Shown: positions 1 to 7,312 of the stretch, piece by piece
How the letters are laid out: each line of letters starts with the position of its first letter
Position numbering within the stretch: the stretch's first letter is position 1
From: an uncultured Anaerolineaceae bacterium
Lineage (GTDB): Bacteria > Chloroflexota > Anaerolineae > Anaerolineales > DRMV01
NCBI GenBank assembly: GCA_964474015.1
Contig: CAYYRG010000002.1
Span: 10,581 to 44,242 of the forward strand
Direction of reading: 5' to 3'
Length of the DNA: 33,662 bases
Notes under the pieces: model-generated
The model's database searches: none
What the model saw: only the letters and a program-made list of their open reading frames with translations
What the model was told of the DNA's origin: nothing
Translations under genes and position numbers: made by a program

Positions 1-59
1 TCTACCGCTACAAGCCCGACGCCGTGGCCGAGGTCAAAGCGCGGCGGCTGTTTCCATAA
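1..59 (+). CDS. 3-prime end of an unidentified CDS continuing upstream of the window (...YRYKPDAVAEVKARRLFP*)
   Basis: An open frame runs in from the window edge and ends at stop TAA 57-59. The same peptide tail recurs at 826-887. Confidence 0.4.
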   Translation, partial: YRYKPDAVAEVKARRLFP

Positions 60-62
60 CGC
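1..62 (+). repeat. Direct repeat copy 1 (truncated by the window edge)
   Basis: Positions 1-62 match 826-887 at 60 of 62 positions. The mismatches are at 40 (c vs t) and 56 (a vs g). Identity includes the stop codon plus 3 nt, then breaks down. Confidence 0.9.
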
Positions 63-132
63 ACACGAGACCGCGTTTCCGATACCCCCCAGCACTTCAA
101 ACTCGCCAAGCCGCCCCTTTCGCGCGCCCTCT

Positions 133-465
133 TTACGGCTTCTGGCGGCGCGCGCGTGCCTCCAGCCATTGCTGGAGCGACTCGGGCGATTCACCAGACA
201 CCTTTCCAGCCAAAATTCCTTCCACGCTCAAATCCTCATCCAAATCCGGCCAATGGATAATGGTGCCATCTCCAATAATCTCGAAATGTGCGCGCTCTTC
301 TGGGGTCCCATACCACAAACGCGGGTACCAGGCCAGTGGCACACTAATCACTCGCCCATCTTTCAATTCCACGGTGAGCATCTCCTCGCTCACCTCAACA
401 TTCCTCGCTTGCACCTCTCGAAGTTCAATGGCCGAAGAACGCAAACCACCGCTCCAAGAATTCAT
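133..465 (-). CDS. DUF2442 family protein
   Basis: 110-aa ORF with the typical DUF2442 core (LTVELKDGRVISVPLAWYPRL ... IIHWPDLDEDLSVEGIL). It sits directly downstream of a DUF4160 gene, the usual pairing. The annotated ATG overlaps the upstream gene by 41 nt, so the true start may be an internal TTG or GTG. Confidence 0.7.
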   Translation of the reverse strand: MNSWSGGLRSSAIELREVQARNVEVSEEMLTVELKDGRVISVPLAWYPRLWYGTPEERAHFEIIGDGTIIHWPDLDEDLSVEGILAGKVSGESPESLQQWLEARARRQKP

Positions 466-661
466 CTTGATGCTCCTGTATCAAGCGGGCAATCTTGTTT
501 AACTCTTTAGGTTTGAAACCGCCGGTTCGCTGCAAAGCCACCGGCTGTAACCAAAACTTTGCTACAAGCTCGTCGCGTTGCACATGAATATGCGGCGGCT
601 CGTTATAATCCAGCGACACAAAGAAGAATCGGTAAGGGCCTATTCGTTTGATGGTGGGCAT
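425..661 (-). CDS. DUF4160 family protein
   Basis: 78-aa ORF with the characteristic N-terminus (GPYRFFFVSLDYNEPPHIHVQRD) and KPKELNKI helix of DUF4160 proteins. GC is about 50%, against about 66% in the neighbours. Confidence 0.7.
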   Translation of the reverse strand: MPTIKRIGPYRFFFVSLDYNEPPHIHVQRDELVAKFWLQPVALQRTGGFKPKELNKIARLIQEHQDEFLERWFAFFGH

Positions 662-743
662 ACAGTGCTCTCTTTCCCATCATACCCTGGCTTACCGTAA
701 ATATTGTAACCGAATTTTGGGCAAAACCACCGTTGTAGGCCAC

Positions 744-768
744 GTTGCGACAGCAATTGCTTCGCAAC
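744..768. repeat. Imperfect 25-bp palindrome GTTGCGA-C-AGCAATTGCT-TCGCAAC
   Basis: Outer 7-bp arms (gttgcga / tcgcaac) flank a perfect 10-bp palindrome (agcaattgct) with one bulged base. It lies in the non-coding stretch upstream of the DUF4160 gene. Confidence 0.6.
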
Positions 769-825
769 CTTCACGCAACACGCCTGCCGAAACCGAGGTT
801 ATTGTACTTCAGTTCCCCGCGCGGC

Positions 826-887
826 TCTACCGCTACAAGCCCGACGCCGTGGCCGAGGTCAAAGTGCGGCGGCTGTTTCCGTAACGC
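826..887 (+). repeat. Direct repeat copy 2 (duplicated gene 3-prime end, ...YRYKPDAVAEVKVRRLFP*)
   Basis: Matches 1-62 at 60 of 62 positions. The upstream part of the 648-884 ORF is AT-richer and does not look coding, so this is probably a gene fragment. Confidence 0.9.
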
Positions 888-943
888 GCCTCGCGCGACC
901 AGTCTGTTCCTGCTTCAAAAGCACCGCTGAAGCCCCCAGCCCA

Positions 944-2446
944 TCACAAATCAACCCAGCCCCCATCATACACCACCTGCCCCTCGGCCAGCACCACCTT
1001 ACGGCGGGCATATTCCCGCGCCAGCCGCTCGTCGTGGGTGACCATCACGATGGTCACCCCCTGCTGGTTGAGGGTGCGTAAGCGGTCCATCAGCGCGTAA
1101 GCCGTGTTGCGGTCCTGCCCAAACGTTGGCTCATCCAAAATCAGCAGCCGCTGCCCGGCTGCCAGCATCGTGCCCACACTCAACCGCCGCTTCTGACCCT
1201 GACTGAGCGTAAAGGGGTTGCGCCCGGCATGAGCGGCAAGACGAAAATCGTCCAGCAGCGCCTCGACCCGCTCGCGCACACGTGGTTCGGGCCAGCCGCG
1301 CACCTTCAGGCTATACGCCAGTTCATCCCACACGCGGTCGGTGACGAACTGATGCTCAGGGTTTTGGAAGACAAAGCCCACCAGGTCGGCCTGCTCGCGC
1401 GGAGAAAGCGAAGCCAGCGGACGCCCAAACAACCGCACCTCGCCCGCCTGGGGGGGCGGCAACAGGCCCGCCATGTGCAAAGCGAGGGTCGATTTTCCTG
1501 CCCCATTCGCGCCCATCAGCGCCACGAAATCGCCCTGGGGAATGCGTAAATTCACTCCGCGCAGCACCGGCGCGCCGCCGGGATAGGCAAATTCCAAATC
1601 ACGGACCTCCACCGCGGGCGGCGCGTCGCGCAACAGGCGAAACGCATCGGGCACGGCGCGGTGCCCGGCTCGCGGGTCGAGATGGGAAGGCACCCAAATG
1701 CCAGCCTCCAAAATCTGGGGCAGGTGGCTCTCCAACGTCGCCGTAGGCTCCCCGGCGGCCAGCAGCCGCCCGCCCTCCCCCAAAAAGAGCACCCGGTCGG
1801 CCAGGTGCCAGCAGGCATCCAGTTTGTGCTCAATCAGCACAATGGTGTGCTCGCCCTTCAGGCGCTGCAACGTCGCGAAAAACTCGCGCGTGGCCTGCGG
1901 GTCGAGGTTAGCCGTCGGCTCGTCGAGGATGAGCACCGGCGGCTGCATGGCAAGCAAAGCCGCAAGGGCAATCCGCTGGGCCTCACCGCCTGAAAGCGTA
2001 TCGAGGCGACGCTTGAGAAAGGCCTCCATGCCCACCTTAGCAAGGGCTTCCCGAATGCGGGCAGGCATGGCCTCGCGCGGCACGGCCAGGTTTTCCAGGC
2101 CAAAGGCCAGTTCGTCTTCTACGGTCAGGGTGGCAAAACCGGCCTCGGGGTCCTGAAAAAGGATGCCCGCCGTCATGGCCATGCGTGCAGGTTCGGCCTC
2201 AGCCGGATTGAGGCCGTTGAGCCGAATTTCCCCCTCGACCCGCGCGAAAATGTGGTGCGGCACGATGCCGGTAAGGGCCAGCGCAAGGGTCGATTTCCCG
2301 CCGCCGGAAGGCCCCAGCAGCAGCGCCAGTTCGCCCGCGGGCAGGTCAAAAGAGACATCCTGCACCGCGGGCGTGGCACTGCGGGGGTAGCGAACGGTCA
2401 GGTGAGCAACAGAAATCACAAGGTTTGACTCAGCATGTGCACGCAA
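944..2446 (-). CDS. ykoD: ECF transporter duplicated ATPase (YkoD-like, thiamine/HMP uptake)
   Basis: Two ABC cassettes in one 500-aa protein: Walker A GPSGGGKST and GANGAGKST, signatures LSGGEAQR and LSQGQKRR. It lies directly downstream of a YkoE-like S component in a TPP-riboswitch operon. Confidence 0.85.
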   Translation of the reverse strand: MRAHAESNLVISVAHLTVRYPRSATPAVQDVSFDLPAGELALLLGPSGGGKSTLALALTGIVPHHIFARVEGEIRLNGLNPAEAEPARMAMTAGILFQDPEAGFATLTVEDELAFGLENLAVPREAMPARIREALAKVGMEAFLKRRLDTLSGGEAQRIALAALLAMQPPVLILDEPTANLDPQATREFFATLQRLKGEHTIVLIEHKLDACWHLADRVLFLGEGGRLLAAGEPTATLESHLPQILEAGIWVPSHLDPRAGHRAVPDAFRLLRDAPPAVEVRDLEFAYPGGAPVLRGVNLRIPQGDFVALMGANGAGKSTLALHMAGLLPPPQAGEVRLFGRPLASLSPREQADLVGFVFQNPEHQFVTDRVWDELAYSLKVRGWPEPRVRERVEALLDDFRLAAHAGRNPFTLSQGQKRRLSVGTMLAAGQRLLILDEPTFGQDRNTAYALMDRLRTLNQQGVTIVMVTHDERLAREYARRKVVLAEGQVVYDGGWVDL

Positions 2447-2478
2447 GGCGCTGATGCGTCTGCAGGGGGCAAGAAGCG

Positions 2479-3222
2479 TTACGCTTCATCGCGCGCAATG
2501 GCAAAGGAATTCAGTGCGCCGGCGCGGTAAAGGCCGTCGGCAATAGCCTTCCCCAGCCAGCCCGAGAGCACCGCGCCGGAAATCAGCCGGGCTACCAGCA
2601 TGGCCGCGAGCACGCCGGGTTTCAAATTGCTGTACCAGAACATATAATCCACCACCAGGCTGCCGGCACCCGCAGCCGCGCCGGCGAGCATCAGGGTGGT
2701 CAGGTTGTACTTCTTGTACCCGGTGGCAGCAAACACCACTTCGGCCATGCCGCCCTGCACCAGGCCGGAAATCAGCAGCGTCAGCCCCCAGTAACCCCCG
2801 GCGAGGAACTCAGCCAGCGCGGCCAGGGTTTCCGCCGCAATGGCCGCCCCGGGCTTGCGAATGATGTAGGGCGCAATGATGCCGGCAATAAACCAAAAGC
2901 CATAGAGCAGGTCGCGTGCGCCGGGGAAGGCGGCCTCCAGCGGCTTTGCCAGATCCCAAATCATGCTCCAGCCCACGAACAGCAGGCCAAACACCAGGGC
3001 AAGGTTGGCCGCCAGAATGGCGTCAATCGTGCGCCACTTCGCTAACGCCGGACGCGAGCCCCAGGCCGCACCAGCCGCCAGCCCCAACACGGCCAACACC
3101 ACCGCATCGACCGTATTCCAGGCGATGCCCTCAGCCTTGGCACGCAACACCGCGGCAGCATAATACACCACTAACATGAAAACCGCCGTCAACACGGCAT
3201 AGACAAAAGGACGAGTTTTCAT
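2479..3222 (-). CDS. ykoE: ECF transporter S component, YkoE-like (thiamine precursor/thiamine)
   Basis: Multi-TM protein whose C-terminal 190 aa resemble B. subtilis YkoE as I recall it (YGFWFIAGIIAPYIIRKPGAA ... LISGAVLSGWLGKAIADGL). It has a GGAGGTG SD 7 nt upstream and about 50 extra N-terminal residues. Confidence 0.75.
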   Translation of the reverse strand: MKTRPFVYAVLTAVFMLVVYYAAAVLRAKAEGIAWNTVDAVVLAVLGLAAGAAWGSRPALAKWRTIDAILAANLALVFGLLFVGWSMIWDLAKPLEAAFPGARDLLYGFWFIAGIIAPYIIRKPGAAIAAETLAALAEFLAGGYWGLTLLISGLVQGGMAEVVFAATGYKKYNLTTLMLAGAAAGAGSLVVDYMFWYSNLKPGVLAAMLVARLISGAVLSGWLGKAIADGLYRAGALNSFAIARDEA

Positions 3223-3245
3223 CGAACCACCTCCACAAGACAGGT

Positions 3246-3878
3246 TTAGCGGTGCCTGCCGCTGATGTGGAACACCAGCAGCAGCCCCTGCCGCACGGTG
3301 ATCTCGGCGCGCGAGGCGGTCAGGCGGTTGCTCACGCCCAGGGCGCAGCCAAAGGGCACCACCCCATCGGTGAGAGGAAAAGCCAGGCCGGTGGTAGTCA
3401 CACCGCGCGCATCGCCGCCCACCGCCAGCAGCGAAACCGTATCGCCCGGCCTGCCCTCGACCACGCCCCTGCGATGCACCAGGAAAGCGCGCTGCGGCCC
3501 GTCCATCAGCACCACATCCAGGTCGCGCCAGCGCGGATGGGCCAGCAACAGCAAATTCGCCATGCTCTGGTCCCAGCGGCCACCCAGTGCCCCCAAGACG
3601 GTGATGCGCTGTGCGCCGTGCGCCGCGGCCAGGTCGAGGGCCAGTTCCAGGTCGGTTTGGTCTTTGTCGACCGGAAAGCGCAAAACCTCCACGCCTGCAG
3701 CTTCCCAGCGGGCAACCTCAGCCGCGGTGAGGGAATCCAAATCGCCGATGAGCACATCAGGCCGCGTGCGAAGGGCATCGCACAGCCGCGCGCCCCCATC
3801 GGCGGCAATCACGAAGTCAGCCGCAGGGGCACGCGTGGTGGCTTCAACCACGCCGTTGGCACAAATCAGCACATGCAT
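3246..3878 (-). CDS. thiN: Thiamine pyrophosphokinase
   Basis: TPK motifs are present: AADGGA, LIGDLDS, KDQTDLELAL, GALGGRWDQS, and a C-terminal thiamine-binding domain. The start is set at the second ATG (3878) because the longer ORF would run through the riboswitch terminator hairpin. Confidence 0.85.
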   Translation of the reverse strand: MHVLICANGVVEATTRAPAADFVIAADGGARLCDALRTRPDVLIGDLDSLTAAEVARWEAAGVEVLRFPVDKDQTDLELALDLAAAHGAQRITVLGALGGRWDQSMANLLLLAHPRWRDLDVVLMDGPQRAFLVHRRGVVEGRPGDTVSLLAVGGDARGVTTTGLAFPLTDGVVPFGCALGVSNRLTASRAEITVRQGLLLVFHISGRHR

Positions 3879-3907
3879 AACAAAAACCCTTCGCGCGCGG
3901 CGAAGGG
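3879..3907 (-). terminator. Riboswitch expression-platform terminator/attenuator
   Basis: Minus strand reads CCCUUCG-CCGCGCG-CGAAGGG followed by UUUUUGUU, then the thiN AUG. The 3-prime arm contains AAGGG 8 nt before the AUG, so the hairpin would also mask the likely SD. Confidence 0.75.
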
Positions 3908-3937
3908 TTGGGGGAGTGTGCAAAGCATGGTGCTCGC

Positions 3938-4028
3938 CATCCCTCCGCCGGCATTACCCGGATCAGGTGCTACGGGTCGCGGGCTTCCGGCCCGCCTCTC
4001 AGCCCGGCAACACCGAGCTCCCCGTGCG
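3938..4028 (-). promoter_or_regulatory. TPP riboswitch (THI element) aptamer
   Basis: Minus strand reads GGGGAGCUCGGUGUUGCCGGGCUGAGAGGCGGGCCGGAAGCCCGCGACCCGUAGCACCUGAUCCGGGUAAUGCCGGCGGAGGGA. It contains the invariant CUGAGA, ACCUGAUC..GGUAAUGCC..GCG and AGGGA blocks and sits upstream of thiamine genes. Confidence 0.92.
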
Positions 4029-4051
4029 GCAAATCACGATGATCTGGCCTC

Positions 4052-4080
4052 ATTATAGCGGCCACCACCGCGGAAGTCAA
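4052..4080 (-). promoter_or_regulatory. Sigma-70-type promoter of the thiamine operon
   Basis: Minus strand has TTGACT (4080-4075), a 17-nt spacer and TATAAT (4057-4052). The predicted TSS is about 15-20 nt before the aptamer. Confidence 0.7.
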
Positions 4081-4108
4081 GCGTCACCTGAGAGGCAACG
4101 TTTTCCGG

Positions 4109-4114
4109 TATAAT
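4109..4114 (+). promoter_or_regulatory. Possible -10 box (TATAAT) for the divergent hypothetical gene
   Basis: Perfect TATAAT but no convincing -35. It overlaps the ATG at 4113, which argues for the 4173 start. Confidence 0.3.
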
Positions 4115-4172
4115 GGCTTCCGCAGCAGCCCTCGGCTGCTTTACCCAACCCTCGCTTTTGGAGCCCGCCCCC

Positions 4173-5111
4173 ATGTCTTCGCCTCGCAAGCACCTCTTCC
4201 GCCCCCTGGCCCTGCCGTGGTGGGATTTCGTGCCCCTGTTCGACTGGGGCGACCCGGCGTTGGAAGACATCGGTGCCGCGGGGTTTTCCCTCTTGCCGCG
4301 TCGGCTCGACGCCCCCACGCTGGAACACGCCCGCACCTTCCTCACGGTGCGCTTCCCCAGCCCCAGCCTGGGCAAAGCCCTCACCAACGAGGCCATGATC
4401 ATTGCCCCCGTGCCCACCGAAACACCTCCCACCCCGCCCCAACGCGCCACCCACGGCCAGTGGGAACACCTCCAAACCGAAACGCCCGCCGCGCTTTACG
4501 GCACCCGCAGCCACCAAAGCCGTCACGGCGGCCTGCGCCTGCAATGCCATTACCGCCTGCACCGTCAGCAGCCCATTGTGGCCTGGCACCTGAAGGTCAC
4601 CAACACCACCCGCCGCCCCCTGCGGCTGGAAAGCGCGGCCTTGCTGCGCGTGGGCCCCATCCAAAAAGTGCGCAAACACCGCCGCAGCGACTTCATCCCC
4701 AGCCGCTTTCGGCTGTTCAAACTGCAACGCGCCCCCAAAACCCAAAGCGCCTATTACGACCTCACCGAGCGCTTCGGCAGCCTGCGCTTCCACGCCCTCG
4801 ATGCCCTGGCCTTCCACATCGAGGAAGCCGCCGACCCCGCCGCCCTGGCGCGCGGCCTCCCCTTGCCGGAAGGCTGCACGCCCCCGGCCTACGGCGCGCT
4901 GCTGCAACCGGAAGGCGGACGGGGGCTGGTCCTGCTCGCGGGGGCGGCGGCCTTCCCCAGCCGCTTCCAGCTCGAGGTCAACACCGACCCCCTCGCGCCG
5001 GGCCTGACCCTGCGCCTGATGCCGACTGAAGAAGTCGTTATTCCCCCCGGCGAGGCGTTCCCCCTGCCGCCCACCGCCCTCGCGTGGCTGGAAAACACTT
5101 CCTCTGCCTGA
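4173..5111 (+). CDS. Hypothetical protein
   Basis: Strong third-position GC bias in this frame and a GGAG 9 nt upstream of ATG 4173. No motif I can name. There is a weak, unverified resemblance to beta-sandwich N-terminal domains of GH36-type glycosidases around LRLQCHYRLHRQQPIVAWHLKVTNTTRRPLRLES. Confidence 0.55.
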   Translation: MSSPRKHLFRPLALPWWDFVPLFDWGDPALEDIGAAGFSLLPRRLDAPTLEHARTFLTVRFPSPSLGKALTNEAMIIAPVPTETPPTPPQRATHGQWEHLQTETPAALYGTRSHQSRHGGLRLQCHYRLHRQQPIVAWHLKVTNTTRRPLRLESAALLRVGPIQKVRKHRRSDFIPSRFRLFKLQRAPKTQSAYYDLTERFGSLRFHALDALAFHIEEAADPAALARGLPLPEGCTPPAYGALLQPEGGRGLVLLAGAAAFPSRFQLEVNTDPLAPGLTLRLMPTEEVVIPPGEAFPLPPTALAWLENTSSA

Positions 5112-5132
5112 CCCTCCCCTTCGGAGCCACCT

Positions 5133-7250
5133 ATGACCTCTACCTCCAACCCCCTGCACGCTTTCTTCGCACCTCGCGGCGTGGTTGTGGTCGGCGCGTC
5201 CACCGACCCCACCAAACTGGGCTACGGTGTGGCCCGCAACCTGCTGGAAGGGGGATTCCCCGGTGCAGTGCACCTGGTCAACCCCAAAGGCGGACAACTT
5301 TTAGGGCACCCGCTGTACCCTTCCGTGGAAAACGTGCCCGAGCCGGTTGACCTGGCGGTCATCCTCATCCCTGCGCCCGCGGTGCCACCCGTGCTGGAAG
5401 CCTGCGGCCGCCGGGGCATTCGCGCTGCCATCGTGGCTTCCGGCGGCTTCCGGGAAACCGGCCAGCAAGGCGCCGAACTGGAAGCCGCGTGCGTAGAAAT
5501 CGCCCAGCGCCACGGGATGCGCCTGATGGGGCCGAACTGCATCGGGCTGGTCGACACCCACCTGCCGCTGGATACCACCTTCCTGCCGCCGCCGGGGCCG
5601 CCCGTGGGGAACGTTGCTTTCATCACCCATTCAGGGGCGTTAGCCGCGGCGGTCATCGACTGGGCGCGCGGGCAGGGCTTTGGCTTTTCCCGCCTGGTCA
5701 GCCTGGGCAACCAGGCCGACGTCAACGAAACCGACATTCTGCCGGTGGTAGCCGCCGACAAGCACACGCGTGCGATAACCCTGTACCTGGAAAGCGTGGG
5801 GGCAGGCCGCCGCTTTGTGGAAACCGCCCGCACCGTCGCCCGCGAAAAGCCCATCGTGGCGCTGAAAGTGGGGCGCACCGAAGCGGGGCAACAGGCTGCG
5901 GCCTCGCACACTGGCGCGCTGGCCGGGCAAGAGCGCGCTTTCGAAGCAGCCTTCCGGCGGGCGGGGGTGCTGCGCGCCGGCACCGTGCAGCAGATGTTTC
6001 AATGGGCTGAAGCCCTGGCACGGCTGCCCCTGCCCCGCGGCGACCGGGTGCTCATCCTCACCAACGCGGGCGGGCCGGGCGTCACCGCTGCCGACGCCAT
6101 CGCCGCCGAGGGGCTGCGTCTGGCGCGCCTGACCGCCCAAACCCGCCAGCTGCTGCAGGAAATTCTGCCCCCCGCGGCCAGCCTGCACAACCCTGTGGAT
6201 ATGCTGGCCTCGGCCTCGCCCGAACAATATGCCCAGGCGCTGCGCCTCGGCCTGGATGACCCCGGGGTAGACATGGCGATGGTCATCCTGCCGCCGCCGC
6301 CCATGTTCAGCGCAGGGGCAGTGGCGCGAGCGATGATCCCCCTCATCCAAACCGCCGACAAGCCGGTGGTGGTAGTGCCGATGGGCGACCCGCTGGTGGC
6401 CGAAGCCGTGGCGCACCTGCGGGCCGCCCGAGTGCCCGAATATCGCTTTCCCGAAGACGCCGCCTCGGCGTTGGGCGCGCTTTACCGCCGCGCCCGCTGG
6501 CTGGAAACCGCCGACCAGCCTCCGCTCCAGCCGGTCGAGGAAGCCGCCGTGGCCGCTGCCCGCCGCCTGCTGGCAGAAGATGCCACCCCTCCAGGCCGAT
6601 GGCTTTCGCCCAACACCATCCGCGGCCTGCTCACGGCCTACGGCATTCCCACCCCGCAAGAGGCCGTGGCGCGCAACGCCGCCGAAGCCGCCGAAGCCGC
6701 CGAAGAAATGGGCTTCCCGGTGGCTTTGAAAGTCGTCTCGCCCGACATCGCCCACAAATCCGATGCAGGCGGGGTGGTTCTGGGGCTGGAAAACGCGGCC
6801 GCCGTCGCCGCGGCTTACGAGGCAATGATGGCGCGGCTGCAAGCGGCCTTCCCGCAAGCCCGGCTGGAAGGCGCCCTGGTGCAGCACATGGCCCCCGAGG
6901 GGCAAGAGGTCATCGTGGGGGCGGTGCGCGACCCGCTTTTCGGGCCGCTGGTGATGTTTGGCTCCGGTGGCGTGGAAGTGGAAGGGCTGGGCGACGTCGC
7001 CTTTGCCCTCGCCCCGCTGACCGATGCCGACCGCGCCCACCTGCTGGAAAGCACATGGGCCGGGCGCAAACTCGCCGGCTTCCGCAACCTGCCCCCCGCC
7101 GACCGCATCGCCGTGGCAGACACCCTTGCCCGGCTGGCGCAACTGGCCGCCGACTTCCCCGCCCTGGCCGAAATCGAAATCAACCCGCTGCGCGTGTTGC
7201 CGCAAGGCCTGGGCGTGCTGGCGCTGGATGTGCGGGCGCGCCGAGGGTGA
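5133..7250 (+). CDS. Acetate--CoA ligase (ADP-forming), fused alpha/beta (CoA-binding + ATP-grasp)
   Basis: N-terminal CoA-binding fold (VVVVGAS), succinyl-CoA-synthetase-like ligase domain (MGPNCIGL, HTGALAG phosphohistidine loop) and C-terminal ATP-grasp (FPVALKVVSPDIAHKSDAGGV). Confidence 0.88.
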   Translation: MTSTSNPLHAFFAPRGVVVVGASTDPTKLGYGVARNLLEGGFPGAVHLVNPKGGQLLGHPLYPSVENVPEPVDLAVILIPAPAVPPVLEACGRRGIRAAIVASGGFRETGQQGAELEAACVEIAQRHGMRLMGPNCIGLVDTHLPLDTTFLPPPGPPVGNVAFITHSGALAAAVIDWARGQGFGFSRLVSLGNQADVNETDILPVVAADKHTRAITLYLESVGAGRRFVETARTVAREKPIVALKVGRTEAGQQAAASHTGALAGQERAFEAAFRRAGVLRAGTVQQMFQWAEALARLPLPRGDRVLILTNAGGPGVTAADAIAAEGLRLARLTAQTRQLLQEILPPAASLHNPVDMLASASPEQYAQALRLGLDDPGVDMAMVILPPPPMFSAGAVARAMIPLIQTADKPVVVVPMGDPLVAEAVAHLRAARVPEYRFPEDAASALGALYRRARWLETADQPPLQPVEEAAVAAARRLLAEDATPPGRWLSPNTIRGLLTAYGIPTPQEAVARNAAEAAEAAEEMGFPVALKVVSPDIAHKSDAGGVVLGLENAAAVAAAYEAMMARLQAAFPQARLEGALVQHMAPEGQEVIVGAVRDPLFGPLVMFGSGGVEVEGLGDVAFALAPLTDADRAHLLESTWAGRKLAGFRNLPPADRIAVADTLARLAQLAADFPALAEIEINPLRVLPQGLGVLALDVRARRG

Positions 7251-7271
7251 AACCTGCGCCGCTTTCCCCAA

Positions 7272-7305
7272 CGAAAAAGCCCCCTACCGGGGGCTTTGCT
7301 GTTTC
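7272..7305. terminator. Bidirectional intrinsic terminator
   Basis: Hairpin GCCCCC-tacc-GGGGGC (7279-7294) is flanked by an A-run on the left and TTTGCTGTTT on the right. It therefore presents a T-tract on either strand, between the ACS gene and tRNA-Val. Confidence 0.7.
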
Positions 7306-7312
7306 TCGTTTG

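Noticed and set aside
648-884. The 78-aa plus-strand ORF 648-884 as a real gene
   Set aside because: Only its last 19 or so codons (the repeat copy) look coding. The upstream part is AT-richer, has no RBS and overlaps the DUF4160 start and promoter region. It is best read as a duplicated gene-tail fragment.
885-943. Hairpin GCTTCA-n10-TGAAGC just downstream of ykoD, as its terminator
   Set aside because: It has only a 6-bp stem, a large loop and no T-tract on either strand, which is too weak to call.
3879-3923. Longer N-terminus (MHTPPTLRRARRVFV) for thiamine pyrophosphokinase
   Set aside because: These codons coincide with the riboswitch terminator hairpin and U-tract. The conserved TPK fold begins at MHVLICANG.
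4113-4172. ATG 4113 as the start of the hypothetical protein
   Set aside because: This ATG overlaps a perfect TATAAT (4109-4114) and has no SD. ATG 4173 has a GGAG at a proper spacing. The choice remains uncertain without TSS data.
6678-6704. 3 x 9-bp perfect tandem repeat GCCGCCGAA
   Set aside because: It lies in frame within the ACS gene and encodes an AAEAAEAAE linker between the ligase and ATP-grasp domains. This is a coding low-complexity linker, not a regulatory or CRISPR-like repeat.
4077-7271. Long minus-strand ORFs 4077-5297 (406 aa), 5222-5983 (253 aa) and 5640-7271 (543 aa)
   Set aside because: These are antisense shadows of the hypothetical gene and of ADP-forming ACS. They have Gly/Arg/Ala-rich compositions and no motifs, and GC3 bias favours the plus-strand frames.
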